Assembly: GCA_019057375.1 (NCBI GenBank)
Contig: DXJF01000050.1
Coordinates: 72,895-136,894 of the forward strand
Length of the DNA stretch: 64,000 nt
Origin: Candidatus Heimdallarchaeota archaeon
GTDB lineage: Archaea > Asgardarchaeota > Heimdallarchaeia > Heimdallarchaeales > Heimdallarchaeaceae
Reading direction: 5' to 3'
In this document: one piece after another, positions 1 through 10,409 of the stretch
Layout of the letters: every line of letters begins with the position of its first letter
Position numbering within the stretch: position 1 is the first letter of the stretch
Position numbers and translations under genes: made by a program
Notes under the pieces: model-generated
Told to the model about the DNA's origin: nothing
The model's database searches: none
Seen by the model: the letters and a program-made list of their open reading frames with translations, nothing else

Positions 1-148
1 TTATAGAAGTTTCAATCAATGAATCTAAGGTTTCGATAAATTGCACCCTAATGGCATTACATAACTTTAACATATAAATAAGTAACCAAATGGTATATTT
101 TGAAGGTATATAGGAAAGCTTTTCTTATCCTAATTGAAGACTAGTGTA

Positions 149-805
149 ATGAACATTGCTATTTGCTGTGATTTTGATGGAACTATAACTTTGACAGATA
201 CAGGAAAAGAAATGTTAACTTCTTTAACAACTAAAGACTGGCAATATTATGACAAATTAGTAATAAATGGTGAAATTGGTACCAGAGCAGCCTTAATCAA
301 GCAATGGGGTATGATTGAGCATACAACGATGGATGAAATATACGAAATCGTTGATAGAATAAAGATAGATCCCACATTTTTAGATTTTTACAACTGGGTT
401 AAAGAAAATGGAATCTTTTTTATCATTCTCTCAGATGGTTTTCATACCTATATTACCAGAATTCTTGAGAATCATGGAATTGATAGTAAGAAGCAGGAAA
501 TAAAAGCTAATGACATGGAATTAATTGATAATAAAATTCATCTAAAATTTCTAACTGATAATTGTGAACATGATTGTGCAAACTGTAAATATTCGCAAGT
601 ATTGAGAATCAAAGAAGAACATGATAAAGTGGTTTACATTGGTGATGGACTTTCTGACATCCTTCCATCTGAGAAGTTGGCTAATCATATTATTGCTAAA
701 AGAAATGAAGACTTAGCCAAAAAACTCCATAAAGATCCAAGATTAGTAGAATTTTCTAATTTTAAGGATATTCAGAACTTTCTAGAAAAAATACTGGATG
801 GTTAA
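149..805 (+). CDS. HAD-superfamily phosphatase, MtnX-like
   Basis: Motif I DFDGTIT, motif II SDGF, motif IV GDGLSD and a Cys cluster CEHDCANCK; ATG at 149 preferred over TTG at 134. Confidence 0.85.
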   Translation: MNIAICCDFDGTITLTDTGKEMLTSLTTKDWQYYDKLVINGEIGTRAALIKQWGMIEHTTMDEIYEIVDRIKIDPTFLDFYNWVKENGIFFIILSDGFHTYITRILENHGIDSKKQEIKANDMELIDNKIHLKFLTDNCEHDCANCKYSQVLRIKEEHDKVVYIGDGLSDILPSEKLANHIIAKRNEDLAKKLHKDPRLVEFSNFKDIQNFLEKILDG

Positions 806-811
806 TTTATA

Positions 812-1453
812 TCACATATCATCTATCGAAATGAAAGGATTTTCTAGTTTTTCATTGCCAATATAAGTGGTTGGTCCATGACCTGGATAAACTTTCGTTT
901 CATCAGGGAGATCATATAAACCCATAACTGATCTAAACAAAGTATCATAATCTCCACCATGCAAATCAGCTCTTCCAATACCCTTGTTAAATAGCACATC
1001 ACCTGAAATCAAGTACTTATCGAAATAGTAACAGATACTTCCTGGAGTATGCCCAGGAGATAAAATCGCTTTAATTTCTATATCTCCCACATTGAATGTG
1101 TCTCCATCTTTAACAAAAATATCACATTTTCCTATTGATTTTGATTTGAAACCAAACATTCTAGCAAAGGGACCTAAACTTTTGAGAACTTCTTCTTCTT
1201 TTTCATTATACACTAATTTAGCTTCAGGAAATAACTCTCTTAAGTCCTCCAAACCTAGCACATGATCAAAATGTAGATGAGTACAGAATAAATACTTAAC
1301 AACCAATTGTTCTCTTTCAATAATTGATAGAATTTGGTTTATCTCCCCACCTACATCAAATAGAGCTGCTTCTTTCTTAACTTCATCATAGAGAAGGTAA
1401 CAATTAGTCTTTAAGGGGCCTGTTTCTTCTGTAACAATATTAATTTTGCTCAT
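812..1453 (-). CDS. MBL-fold metallo-hydrolase (glyoxalase II-like)
   Basis: THLHFDH metal motif, PGHTPG, SGDVLF, PGHG. Confidence 0.9.
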   Translation of the reverse strand: MSKINIVTEETGPLKTNCYLLYDEVKKEAALFDVGGEINQILSIIEREQLVVKYLFCTHLHFDHVLGLEDLRELFPEAKLVYNEKEEEVLKSLGPFARMFGFKSKSIGKCDIFVKDGDTFNVGDIEIKAILSPGHTPGSICYYFDKYLISGDVLFNKGIGRADLHGGDYDTLFRSVMGLYDLPDETKVYPGHGPTTYIGNEKLENPFISIDDM

Positions 1454-1541
1454 GAACAGCTATTTTATCTCTCTTTTTTAAGCTCTTCGTAATGAAATGA
1501 TAGCTTTTTTAATCACCAAGTTATAAAGAACGTGAGAGAAA

Positions 1542-2429
1542 TTGACTTACTATACTCTAAATTCAGAGGAAGATGAAGTGGAGATTTTTTTAGAAGAATT
1601 AGAAGAAGATTCTGAAGAGTTTGTCAAATCAAGTGAGTATAAGAAAAAAAACCTAGAAATCAAGGATACAAATATTATCGATACTTATGAATCAGAAGAA
1701 GTTCTAGATTCCCATATTGAAGAAATTCAAGCTGAAAAAAGAATAATAACATCATCAGAGGAAATTCAAGAGATTCTTAATGAGTATGAAAAAACGCGAA
1801 AGAACAAAGATAGAGTCCTGATAATTGATAAGATAGCTGAACTCCTCCCAAACAGTGATTTAGAGGAACTTCTCAAAGAGATTGCCTTCAAAGATTCTTA
1901 TTCTCTCTGTAGAGTAAAAGCTGTTTCCCTGCTAGCCGATCTTAATGATAAATCTGAAGTTAAGAGATTATTAATTAGGAAATTAGACGATAGTTCTCCA
2001 AAAGTAAGATTGTGGTCTGTATGGGGATTAAGACCCATTATCTATGACACTGAAATTCAAGAAGTTTTTATTAATAAAGCTAAATATTTTGAGAAATCAA
2101 AACGAGTTAAACTTTGGTTGATTCGGGCTTTAAGTGATCGAATTAATGATAATAAAATACAAGATACTTTTCTGCTTTTGCTTAAATCGAAACCAGATAA
2201 TGAGACTAGAAAACTTCTACTTTTCTATCTTCTTCAAAAAGCAAACGAAGAGAATATAGCTTATGAATTGTCTCGTTATGTGTTGAAAGAAGCTAATCGA
2301 GATATTCGCAAGGAAATTGTAAAAAAACTTGTAATGCTTGATAATGAGGATGTCAAATATTCTCTTGAAAAATTGTTCAAAACTGAGAGAGATGAAGAAA
2401 TTAGGGAGATTTTACAGACCACCCTTTAA
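1542..2429 (+). CDS. HEAT-repeat protein with acidic N-terminus
   Basis: Repeated helical units (LDDSSPKVRLWSVWGL, ESKRVKLWLIRAL); Glu-rich N-terminus. Confidence 0.7.
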   Translation: MTYYTLNSEEDEVEIFLEELEEDSEEFVKSSEYKKKNLEIKDTNIIDTYESEEVLDSHIEEIQAEKRIITSSEEIQEILNEYEKTRKNKDRVLIIDKIAELLPNSDLEELLKEIAFKDSYSLCRVKAVSLLADLNDKSEVKRLLIRKLDDSSPKVRLWSVWGLRPIIYDTEIQEVFINKAKYFEKSKRVKLWLIRALSDRINDNKIQDTFLLLLKSKPDNETRKLLLFYLLQKANEENIAYELSRYVLKEANRDIRKEIVKKLVMLDNEDVKYSLEKLFKTERDEEIREILQTTL

Positions 2430-2551
2430 TAAAAAGTTTATCAATTTAATTTCATCTTGAGCCTTAGATATATCTGAGAAGGTTATTCTAGCTAAAATGA
2501 AAATCGAGATATCAAGCAAAGTTAACTGAATATTATAATAGAATCACCAAT

Positions 2552-4084
2552 TTAGTTATTGGTAATTTCATTTTTTTGATTTAATGAATTATTGTTTCTA
2601 AAGTTAATTTTTCCTCTTAAGTAAGAAGAAATGACAGCTAAAATACCTAACCCAACAGCTACGAAGAACGCTATTTTGATGCTCATCAATAGAAGAGGAC
2701 TATGTTGTGAGATTGATAAGTTCGATGGAATTACAGGTAGTAGAAATTCTGTTTTAAATTGAAAAGCAGAGGATGAAATATTAGGACCAAGAAATATTGA
2801 AAACAGTAAAGTTGCAAAACCTAAACTAATAGATTGTCCAATTGTTCGCATTGTCCCTATTAAAGCTGAAGTAACACCATACATTTTCTTTGGAACAGAA
2901 CTCATAATAGAATTCGCATTAGGGGAAGAGAATAAGCCAAACCCTATTCCACCAAGAAGTAAACCAAAAATCACTAATAATATGTGTGTTTTCTGATTAA
3001 CAAAAGCAAGCATAACTAGTCCGACTAATCCTGTTGCTACACCTATTGTTGTTATAGTTCTATGTTCTATTTTGTCAGAAAGTCTTCCACCTATTGGAGA
3101 TAAAATAGCTTGTGCAATTGGTCTAGCTAAAAGTATCACACCTGCCAGGGATACTGAAAGATAAAGCACATCTTGTAGATAATAATTCAGTAAAAGTGAT
3201 GTTGAGGATGTAGCCGTGTAAAAAAGAAAAGCTGTTAAATTAGCAAACGTGAAAAACCTGTTCTTCTTGAACAGTTTTAGCTCCAATATAGGTACTTCTA
3301 CTTTTCTCTCCCAGAATATGAAAACAATCAGAGTTAAAACTGAAGCACCAACCAAATAATATCCATAACTTGTATTAATAGATCTGAAACCGTATAATAG
3401 TAGAAACAATGTTATAATATAGATAACAGCTCCTACAAAATCTATCTTCTCCTTTTCTTCATTTTTCCATTCTCCTTTCAAAACAAATGTCATAAGGAAA
3501 GCAATGATGATCCCAAATGGGACAACACTGAAGAAAACACTTCTCCACCCTAAATGTTCAACAATAACTCCTCCTAGTGAAGGACCGACAGTTAAACCTA
3601 GATAAACTGAACCTATGCTAATTCCAAATGCTTTTCCTCTTTCTTCCTGTGGGTAAATAGATGTCAGTATGGCTGTTCCAGTAGCAAATATTAAAGCTGA
3701 ACCTGCTCCTTGAATGAACCGAAAAATTACTAACGTTGTTTCACTGTTCATAAACCCTAAGACCAAAGCTGCTGAAGTAAAAATTATTGTTCCAATAATG
3801 TAGATTTTTTTCCTCCCATAATTATCGGAAATTTTACCAAAAGGAATCTGAAGCATGGCGGTAGCTAAAATGTATATGGTAATAATCCACCCCATTCCAG
3901 CTTCATCAAGTCCTGGAACATGTTGAGGACTGAGAGGATTAGTCATTACAGGTGCCGCAACTGAAAATGCAGAGCCACTAAAAGCACTGACAAATGATGA
4001 TAGAGAAATAATCGAAAGAGCGGTGATTCTTTGTTTTCTAGCATTAGGATTAGATAATTGATTTGTCATGGGAAGACCCAGCAT
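2552..4084 (-). CDS. MFS transporter, 14-TM DHA2-like drug/H+ antiporter
   Basis: MFS motif A GKISDNYGRK, RFIQGAG, motif C GPSLGG, many hydrophobic segments. Confidence 0.9.
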   Translation of the reverse strand: MLGLPMTNQLSNPNARKQRITALSIISLSSFVSAFSGSAFSVAAPVMTNPLSPQHVPGLDEAGMGWIITIYILATAMLQIPFGKISDNYGRKKIYIIGTIIFTSAALVLGFMNSETTLVIFRFIQGAGSALIFATGTAILTSIYPQEERGKAFGISIGSVYLGLTVGPSLGGVIVEHLGWRSVFFSVVPFGIIIAFLMTFVLKGEWKNEEKEKIDFVGAVIYIITLFLLLYGFRSINTSYGYYLVGASVLTLIVFIFWERKVEVPILELKLFKKNRFFTFANLTAFLFYTATSSTSLLLNYYLQDVLYLSVSLAGVILLARPIAQAILSPIGGRLSDKIEHRTITTIGVATGLVGLVMLAFVNQKTHILLVIFGLLLGGIGFGLFSSPNANSIMSSVPKKMYGVTSALIGTMRTIGQSISLGFATLLFSIFLGPNISSSAFQFKTEFLLPVIPSNLSISQHSPLLLMSIKIAFFVAVGLGILAVISSYLRGKINFRNNNSLNQKNEITNN

Positions 4085-4214
4085 GGTTTACAGTTTTTGA
4101 ATTCTTAATTGACAGTTATAAATATTCTTCCTTGTTTCAAAGAATTTCTTAGAATGTCTAGTTGTAAAACAATCTCATTTTCTAACCTAATACAAAAAGA
4201 AAGAAAAAAAGAAA

Positions 4215-4880
4215 TTATCTCACTAAAGCTTTTTGTACCATTCTTGCATGGAAAATAGCTAACTTATTAGAGACTTGCAATACAACTGGAATTAGAACTA
4301 TACCTAATAAGCCTCCAACTATCATAATTGCAATAGTACCACCACTTGATATATTGGCTATTAGCCAATCTAAAGCTACATCAGATATACCTTGAGTCCA
4401 GTGTACAAGAAATACTATAGGCATTGCTATTAAAGCTCCAGATAACGATAAGAGAAATGTCATTATTGAAAAAACAAATGTCCCATATGGTAAGGCCAAG
4501 AACATTGAATAAACTAATGACTTGCCAATTCTTTTATCTTTTAATGCGTTTAAAGCTTTTGTAAAGAAACTACCTACTATTTCTTTTGGTATATCATCCT
4601 TTATAGGTACAGGGAGTCCTACAAAGAATTCTGTTAAATATCCTATAACTAACACTAACCGAGGTAAAGACCAAAGGAAGAGATACAGAATAGGTAAGAC
4701 AATTACAAAAACAGACAACCCTACAAATAAAGGAAGGCATACCCATGCATAAATGAAGAATGTTAACCCAATTGGGAAAGTTAGAAATACATATAGTAGA
4801 TTAGTATAACTCCTTGGATACCTTAGAACACCAAAATATGAGGCAGTTTCTAATTCATGTAAAGAATCTTCGACTGTCAT
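4215..4880 (-). CDS. Membrane protein with putative sensor domain
   Basis: Two similar hydrophobic hairpins (YVFLTFPIGL / YSMFLALPYG) resembling the putative-sensor domain family; no kinase domain. Confidence 0.55.
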   Translation of the reverse strand: MTVEDSLHELETASYFGVLRYPRSYTNLLYVFLTFPIGLTFFIYAWVCLPLFVGLSVFVIVLPILYLFLWSLPRLVLVIGYLTEFFVGLPVPIKDDIPKEIVGSFFTKALNALKDKRIGKSLVYSMFLALPYGTFVFSIMTFLLSLSGALIAMPIVFLVHWTQGISDVALDWLIANISSGGTIAIMIVGGLLGIVLIPVVLQVSNKLAIFHARMVQKALVR

Positions 4881-4973
4881 AGTGTTTTTTTGAGAAGGTT
4901 CTATATAAATGTATAATCTTCATTTAAATAGAATAAGCTAATCTTGAAAAAATGATTTTCAATAAAAAAAAGA

Positions 4974-6761
4974 TTATAATCCCGATTTTTCTAATTTTGC
5001 ATCTGTAGGGATTCCTTCATCATTCCATTCTCTTAACTTATAATACTCAAGCTTAGCTTTCTCAAATTGATCTTTATCTACAACCAACCCTTTTGCGTCC
5101 CCTTCAGGCATCTTTTCACTGTAGAAACGTTTTGGAAGAACATCATCATCAGCTGTTATGCCCTCGCGTACATTAAACATCCTTGTCAGATTCCATATCC
5201 TTTCCCCTACCGCTAGATAACTTTCAGGTGTGTAAGAAAATCCTGTAGCAGAATTCAACATTTCAACCATTTCAGGGACATTAAAGGGTAAGAAATCGCA
5301 AACTACTAGTGAAAAACAAGCAGCTCGTTCATCTTGAGATTCCTTTACGAATTTGGGAACACCTTCAAATGAGAATCTTGGTAAATCACCACGTAGTTCA
5401 GCACTTGGAGTCCATGTTCTTTGGTGACAAGCACCTCTATCTGATGTAGAATAGGCTAATGCCATCCCCCAAGACCCTCTTGGTTCAACTCCCGCTAATT
5501 CGTTTCCCTTTACTTGAATAGCAAAATCCATTGAATCATGACCAATTTTCAAGGCCGCGGATTTTGATCCTTGAGCAAACAGATCACCTATTTTCTCTCT
5601 ATGTGAAATAAGTTTTATCATCTCAAGTACTGCATCATCATTTCCAAAAGCTAGATTATCAACATCTGATTGTTGTAGATATCCTTTTTCTATACATTCC
5701 ATTGCAAAACTTATAGTCGCTCCTGCAGTGATTGTATCAATTCCTAGATCATCGCACATTTCACTTGCTTTTGCAACAGCTCCTAAATCTTTGATTCCGC
5801 AGTTAGAACCTAGCAAAGCTGTTGTCTCATACTCTGGACCATCTACATCTAATCCAGCAAATTTCCCAGTTGTGAATTTGTTAGCTTTTCCACAAGCAAT
5901 TAAACATCCATAACAAGCTCTGTTAGCATAGGTATAATTCTCTAACATAGTTTCTCCTGAGATAGAATCAGCTTCTTCAAAGACTCCACTTTGATAATTT
6001 TTTGTAGGTAAGAATCCCCCTTGGTTAGACATATTCACCCACATCATTGTTCCAATTCTATTCCTATTCTTTACTCCATCATCATTTTGTACCTTAGTTC
6101 GAAAAGTTCTAGTAAGTTCTTTGAAATTATCATGAACAGCATCTATTTTTTCATTACCACTCACTACGACAGCTTTCAGATTTTTTGAACCCATGACAGC
6201 TCCTGATCCTCCTCTTCCTGCCATATGAGATCTGCCTGTCATTACATTTGCATAGGAAACTAGTTTTTCTCCAGCTATACCAATTGATGCCACTTCAGAT
6301 TTTGGATGTTTTCCTTGAAGTATTTCTTCTGTTGCAAAAGTTCCTCTTCCCCAAACTTCTTTTGCTGAAATGATTGTAGATCCCTCTGAAGTAACTAACA
6401 AATAGCATAGATTTGCTGCTTTTCCTCTAACTAGGATGAAATCATAACCAGCTTTTTTCAAACGATGACCAAAGTTTCCACCGATTTGGCTATCAAGATA
6501 AATTCCAGTATGGGGAGATTTAGTGACTATACACCATCGACCAGAAGTTACAACAGAAGTACCTGTTAGTGGTCCAGTCATAAAAAGAATGATATTTTCT
6601 GGACTTAAAGGATCAACTCCAGCTTCTAATTCATCGTAGAGAATTTTAGCTCCTAATCCTTTACCTCCAATGAATTTTTCTGCTAATTCCTTATCTAATT
6701 TCTTCTCTTGAATTCTTTCAGATGTTAGATCGACATCTAGATACTTATGCATATAACCCAT
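4974..6761 (-). CDS. aor: Aldehyde:ferredoxin oxidoreductase (tungsten AOR family)
   Basis: FIGGKGLG, AGRGGSGAVMGSKNLKA, CYGCLIAC, CDDLGIDTI, EPRG, DRGACH motifs; ATG at 6761 preferred. Confidence 0.92.
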   Translation of the reverse strand: MGYMHKYLDVDLTSERIQEKKLDKELAEKFIGGKGLGAKILYDELEAGVDPLSPENIILFMTGPLTGTSVVTSGRWCIVTKSPHTGIYLDSQIGGNFGHRLKKAGYDFILVRGKAANLCYLLVTSEGSTIISAKEVWGRGTFATEEILQGKHPKSEVASIGIAGEKLVSYANVMTGRSHMAGRGGSGAVMGSKNLKAVVVSGNEKIDAVHDNFKELTRTFRTKVQNDDGVKNRNRIGTMMWVNMSNQGGFLPTKNYQSGVFEEADSISGETMLENYTYANRACYGCLIACGKANKFTTGKFAGLDVDGPEYETTALLGSNCGIKDLGAVAKASEMCDDLGIDTITAGATISFAMECIEKGYLQQSDVDNLAFGNDDAVLEMIKLISHREKIGDLFAQGSKSAALKIGHDSMDFAIQVKGNELAGVEPRGSWGMALAYSTSDRGACHQRTWTPSAELRGDLPRFSFEGVPKFVKESQDERAACFSLVVCDFLPFNVPEMVEMLNSATGFSYTPESYLAVGERIWNLTRMFNVREGITADDDVLPKRFYSEKMPEGDAKGLVVDKDQFEKAKLEYYKLREWNDEGIPTDAKLEKSGL

Positions 6762-6766
6762 TAAAA

Positions 6767-7807
6767 TCAACTCTTAGAAAGTAGTCGATTAATATCAAGA
6801 ATGTCAGTGAGTAAAGCAAAACCTGTGGGAGTTTTTCCTGCACCAGGTCCCACGATAGTCACGTCATCAACATACTTAGTAGAATAAGTCAGAGCATTAG
6901 TTGGTCCCATTATATTGGCTAATGGATGAGTTAGTAGGATTTTTTCTGGTCTGACATATGCTTCAACAGAGCCATCCTCCTTAATCTCTGCACCTGCAAT
7001 CAATTTCCATCTATATCCTTCTTCCTTAGCCTTAACTATATCTTCAGCTGTTATTTTTGTTATGCCTTCACAGGGTGGTTCATCTTTGCTCAAATTAGCT
7101 CCCATGACTGTATTTGCTAAAATAACGATTTTTCCTAATGCATCATAACCTTCAACATCAGCTGTTGGATCTGCTTCTGCATATCCCAGTTCTTGAGCTT
7201 GTTCTAGCGCATTCTCATAACTAAGTCCTTTCTCCATCTCTGTTAGAATGTAGTTAGTAGTACCATTTACTATGCCCATTGCCTTAGTTATTCCTGCCCC
7301 TGCTAGATTGTATAATCCAAGATTCAATGCTGGAGTTCCACTCAGCACAGTTCCTTCATATCTCATTTCAACACTATTCTCTTTAGCTAAATCTAGTAGC
7401 TCTCTGACAGCTAAAGCAATAGGTCCTTTATTTGTTAAAACTACATGCTTCTTATTTTTCAGAGCAGTTTTGACATGAGTAATTGCCGGTTCTCCAGTCT
7501 TGAGATCAGTCCAAGCAACTTCTAGAATAAGATTAGCGTTGGTTTCCTCAATTGTCTTAATCGAATCCCAACCTTCAATACCATCTCCATAACCCTTTAA
7601 ATTGCCATTTTCATTTACTAAATCGAGTAATTTTCGCAAATCTAAACCAGTTCGTTTATACCAAGACCCTTTCATCGTATCTGATATTGCAACCACTTTG
7701 AAGTGGAAATCATAATTCTTCTTTAGATATTCTTCTTGTTCGAGTAAGATTTCTGCTAATCCTTGACCAACAACTCCAAATCCAATAAAAGCTATATTAA
7801 ATTCCAT
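6767..7807 (-). CDS. hom: Homoserine dehydrogenase (no ACT domain)
   Basis: GFGVVG Rossmann motif, NKGP, GIVNGTTNYIL, GYAEADPTADVEGYD, GPGAG. Confidence 0.92.
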   Translation of the reverse strand: MEFNIAFIGFGVVGQGLAEILLEQEEYLKKNYDFHFKVVAISDTMKGSWYKRTGLDLRKLLDLVNENGNLKGYGDGIEGWDSIKTIEETNANLILEVAWTDLKTGEPAITHVKTALKNKKHVVLTNKGPIALAVRELLDLAKENSVEMRYEGTVLSGTPALNLGLYNLAGAGITKAMGIVNGTTNYILTEMEKGLSYENALEQAQELGYAEADPTADVEGYDALGKIVILANTVMGANLSKDEPPCEGITKITAEDIVKAKEEGYRWKLIAGAEIKEDGSVEAYVRPEKILLTHPLANIMGPTNALTYSTKYVDDVTIVGPGAGKTPTGFALLTDILDINRLLSKS

Positions 7808-7923
7808 TTTGAGCCCTCAATAATCTTTCACGCCTACTTTAAGTGGAATTGCTTATAAATTTGTTGTCACGGAGTCGCTTTGACAGTACAAAAGGTATAA
7901 AAGAACAATTAACTAAATAGAAT

Positions 7924-8520
7924 TTGAATTCTATGTCACGATTCTTCAGCTCAAAAAAACGATCCAAGAGAAACATCACATCAGCTGAGCAGTACTATAG
8001 AGAGAAATATGGGGAAGTAAAGGACGCATCTCCAAGTGATCGAGATACTGCAATAATGCAAAAATTAATTGAAATAGGTGCAGATAACATTAAGAAATCC
8101 TCAGGATACTTGACAAAATACTCATTTGATTTACCTATTGAACATGAAGATGATGTAACTCAAAGAATTACATTAGTAGAAGAAAGCGACAAAGATGTTC
8201 ATATAGATGCTGAATTAATACATGAGTTCCCTTTATTTCTACATGTTACAGTTAAGGAAGATTCAAAAAACAGAGAATTCGAATCAGTAACTGGAATGAG
8301 TATCATCAACTTTGTTAACGTAAGAACTAACAATGATAAACTTGCTGTGAAGATTTTAGATGATTCTTATGTTAGTGAATACTTCTTCCAACTTGTGAAG
8401 GATTTAGTTCTAATATCTGCAAATAAAAGCACTCTATCTGCAAAGCTAACCTCTATTGACAAATTAAAATACTTCTTCAAATTAATAGCCAGAATGGTTA
8501 ATATTGCTGAAAAAAGATAG
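7924..8520 (+). CDS. Hypothetical protein
   Basis: 198-aa ORF filling the gap with normal composition; no motif recognised. Confidence 0.6.
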   Translation: MNSMSRFFSSKKRSKRNITSAEQYYREKYGEVKDASPSDRDTAIMQKLIEIGADNIKKSSGYLTKYSFDLPIEHEDDVTQRITLVEESDKDVHIDAELIHEFPLFLHVTVKEDSKNREFESVTGMSIINFVNVRTNNDKLAVKILDDSYVSEYFFQLVKDLVLISANKSTLSAKLTSIDKLKYFFKLIARMVNIAEKR

Positions 8521-8536
8521 CTTTGGAAGTAATAGA

Positions 8537-9571
8537 ATGACGTTGAATGATCATGCTTTGGAAGTACTTGAAGAATTAAAGAAAAAAGATGTTATTTCAG
8601 ATGATTCCAAAATAAAAAGCTACGAACAATTACAAGGGGGGGCAGATACAACTATGTTCGAGATAAGTATCATTAACCAGCCTAGAAGATACATTCAAAG
8701 AATTTTTAGATCTTTAGCATCAAATAAAATAGCAGAATATGAATATAATGTTCAAAAAACACTTTTTGAAAACAATGTAAATGTTCCAGAAACTTATCTG
8801 ATTAAATTAACTCCAAACTCGCGTGAAAGACCATATTTTGTTATGGAAAAAATTGAAGGTACAAGACTAGATCAAGTATTTTACAGAAATCCCGAGAAAT
8901 TGGAGCAACTAATTGAAATGTTACTATAAGAATTATACAAAATTCATTCTATCGAGCCAAAATTATTTCCCCTAATTCCATCAGCTAACATTCAAAAGAA
9001 TCCCTTTGAACCAATTGAACAAACAATATCAAGAAGAAAGTACTTTCTTGACAAGTATCCAAAAGAATTATCTGAGCTAAAGCCAGTTATAGACTGGTTG
9101 GAAACAAATAAAACTGAAAATCCCTGTAAAAAACTTGTTGTTACTCATGGAGATTACCACTCACAAAACATAATTGTTCAAAAAGATTCAAAACTCAAAA
9201 TTCTAGATTGGTCAAACATTAATATCTGTGATTTTAGAGAAGATTTAGGATTTACAACTGTTATATTAAGTATTGGAGCAAAAAGGAATTTAGCATCAAC
9301 AATTGCAAGTTCATATGAACAGATTTCAGGAACTAAAGTAGAGAATTTAGAATATTTCATGATATTGGCAAATATATTTAATATGATAAGATTCTATAGT
9401 TGTATAAAAAATCCTGAGATTACAAATGAGACAGAAGATACGATAAATTTCTTCAAATCGATTAAAGAATACCCATTATTTCTTGTCGAATTAGTTGAAA
9501 ATACATGCGATATAGAACTTCATCAAATTTGGGATTATTTTACTATTAATGGTAAAGATGAGATAAGATAG
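8537..9571 (+). pseudogene. Aminoglycoside/choline phosphotransferase (APH-like kinase) interrupted by one in-frame TAA at 8927-8929
   Basis: ORFs 8504-8929 and 9098-9571 share a frame and the gap is open (LL*ELYKIHSIEP...DWLETNK); Gly-rich QGGAD, YFVMEKIEG, HGDYHSQN, ILDWS. Confidence 0.85.
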
Positions 9572-9588
9572 TTCAAGGATATGAACAA

Positions 9589-10404
9589 ATGATAATAGAT
9601 GGTCATGCTCATGCTTTTGGAGAATTTGCTTATACAAAGAAACTAATTCCACTTATGGATAATTTAGGAGTCGATAAAGTTGTTCTATGTCCAGGTGGAA
9701 CTGATCCTGATTTTGAATTCAAAGTTCCTAAAATTGCTTATAGAAAATCTTCATACAACCATTATTTTCACATCTTGGGGAACGTATTCTTCTTACGTCT
9801 TTTTCATAAAAAAATGAACAATATTGACAATGAATATGTTTTTTCACTAGTGAAAGATTATCCTGATAGATTGATTCAATATTTCTGGACCAATCCAAAT
9901 GATCCTGAGTTAATCTCTACTTTAGAGCAGAACTTTGAGAAAATGTCTTTTGCTGGAATTAAGCTTCATCAATGCTTAAACAAATTCTCAAATGAAGATG
10001 AAGGGATGAAACTCATTTCTCAATTTGCAATAGAAAAGAACATACCAATTTTTATCCATCTTTATAACTTCAAAGAAACAAGAAAATTAGTAAAACTAGC
10101 TCAAGAATTTCCAAAAGCTAACTATATCATAGCTCATTCTATGGGGCTAGAAACTATTGCCAAGAAAGGGGAGAGACTAAAAAACGTCTACTTTGATATT
10201 TCAACTTATTTCATCATTTCTGAGAAGAGAATACGTTTTGCTATGGATAAGTTTGGTGAAGATAAAGTTTTACTTGGTTCAGATTCACCGCTAGGATATA
10301 GGAATCTTGAACTAAACATAGAGAAAATTAGAAAAATGGACTTAGCAGAAAAACAGAAAAATAAGATTTTAGGAGAGAATATTGCCAAATTACTAAATTT
10401 GTAA
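9589..10404 (+). CDS. Amidohydrolase_2 family protein
   Basis: IIDGHAH, GIKLH, PIFIH, IIAH, LLGSDSP. Confidence 0.88.
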   Translation: MIIDGHAHAFGEFAYTKKLIPLMDNLGVDKVVLCPGGTDPDFEFKVPKIAYRKSSYNHYFHILGNVFFLRLFHKKMNNIDNEYVFSLVKDYPDRLIQYFWTNPNDPELISTLEQNFEKMSFAGIKLHQCLNKFSNEDEGMKLISQFAIEKNIPIFIHLYNFKETRKLVKLAQEFPKANYIIAHSMGLETIAKKGERLKNVYFDISTYFIISEKRIRFAMDKFGEDKVLLGSDSPLGYRNLELNIEKIRKMDLAEKQKNKILGENIAKLLNL

Positions 10405-10409
10405 CATTC

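Noticed and set aside
8927-8929. Genome-wide TAA recoding as an explanation of in-frame stops
   Set aside because: TAA terminates many intact genes here (e.g. proS, trxB, aor)
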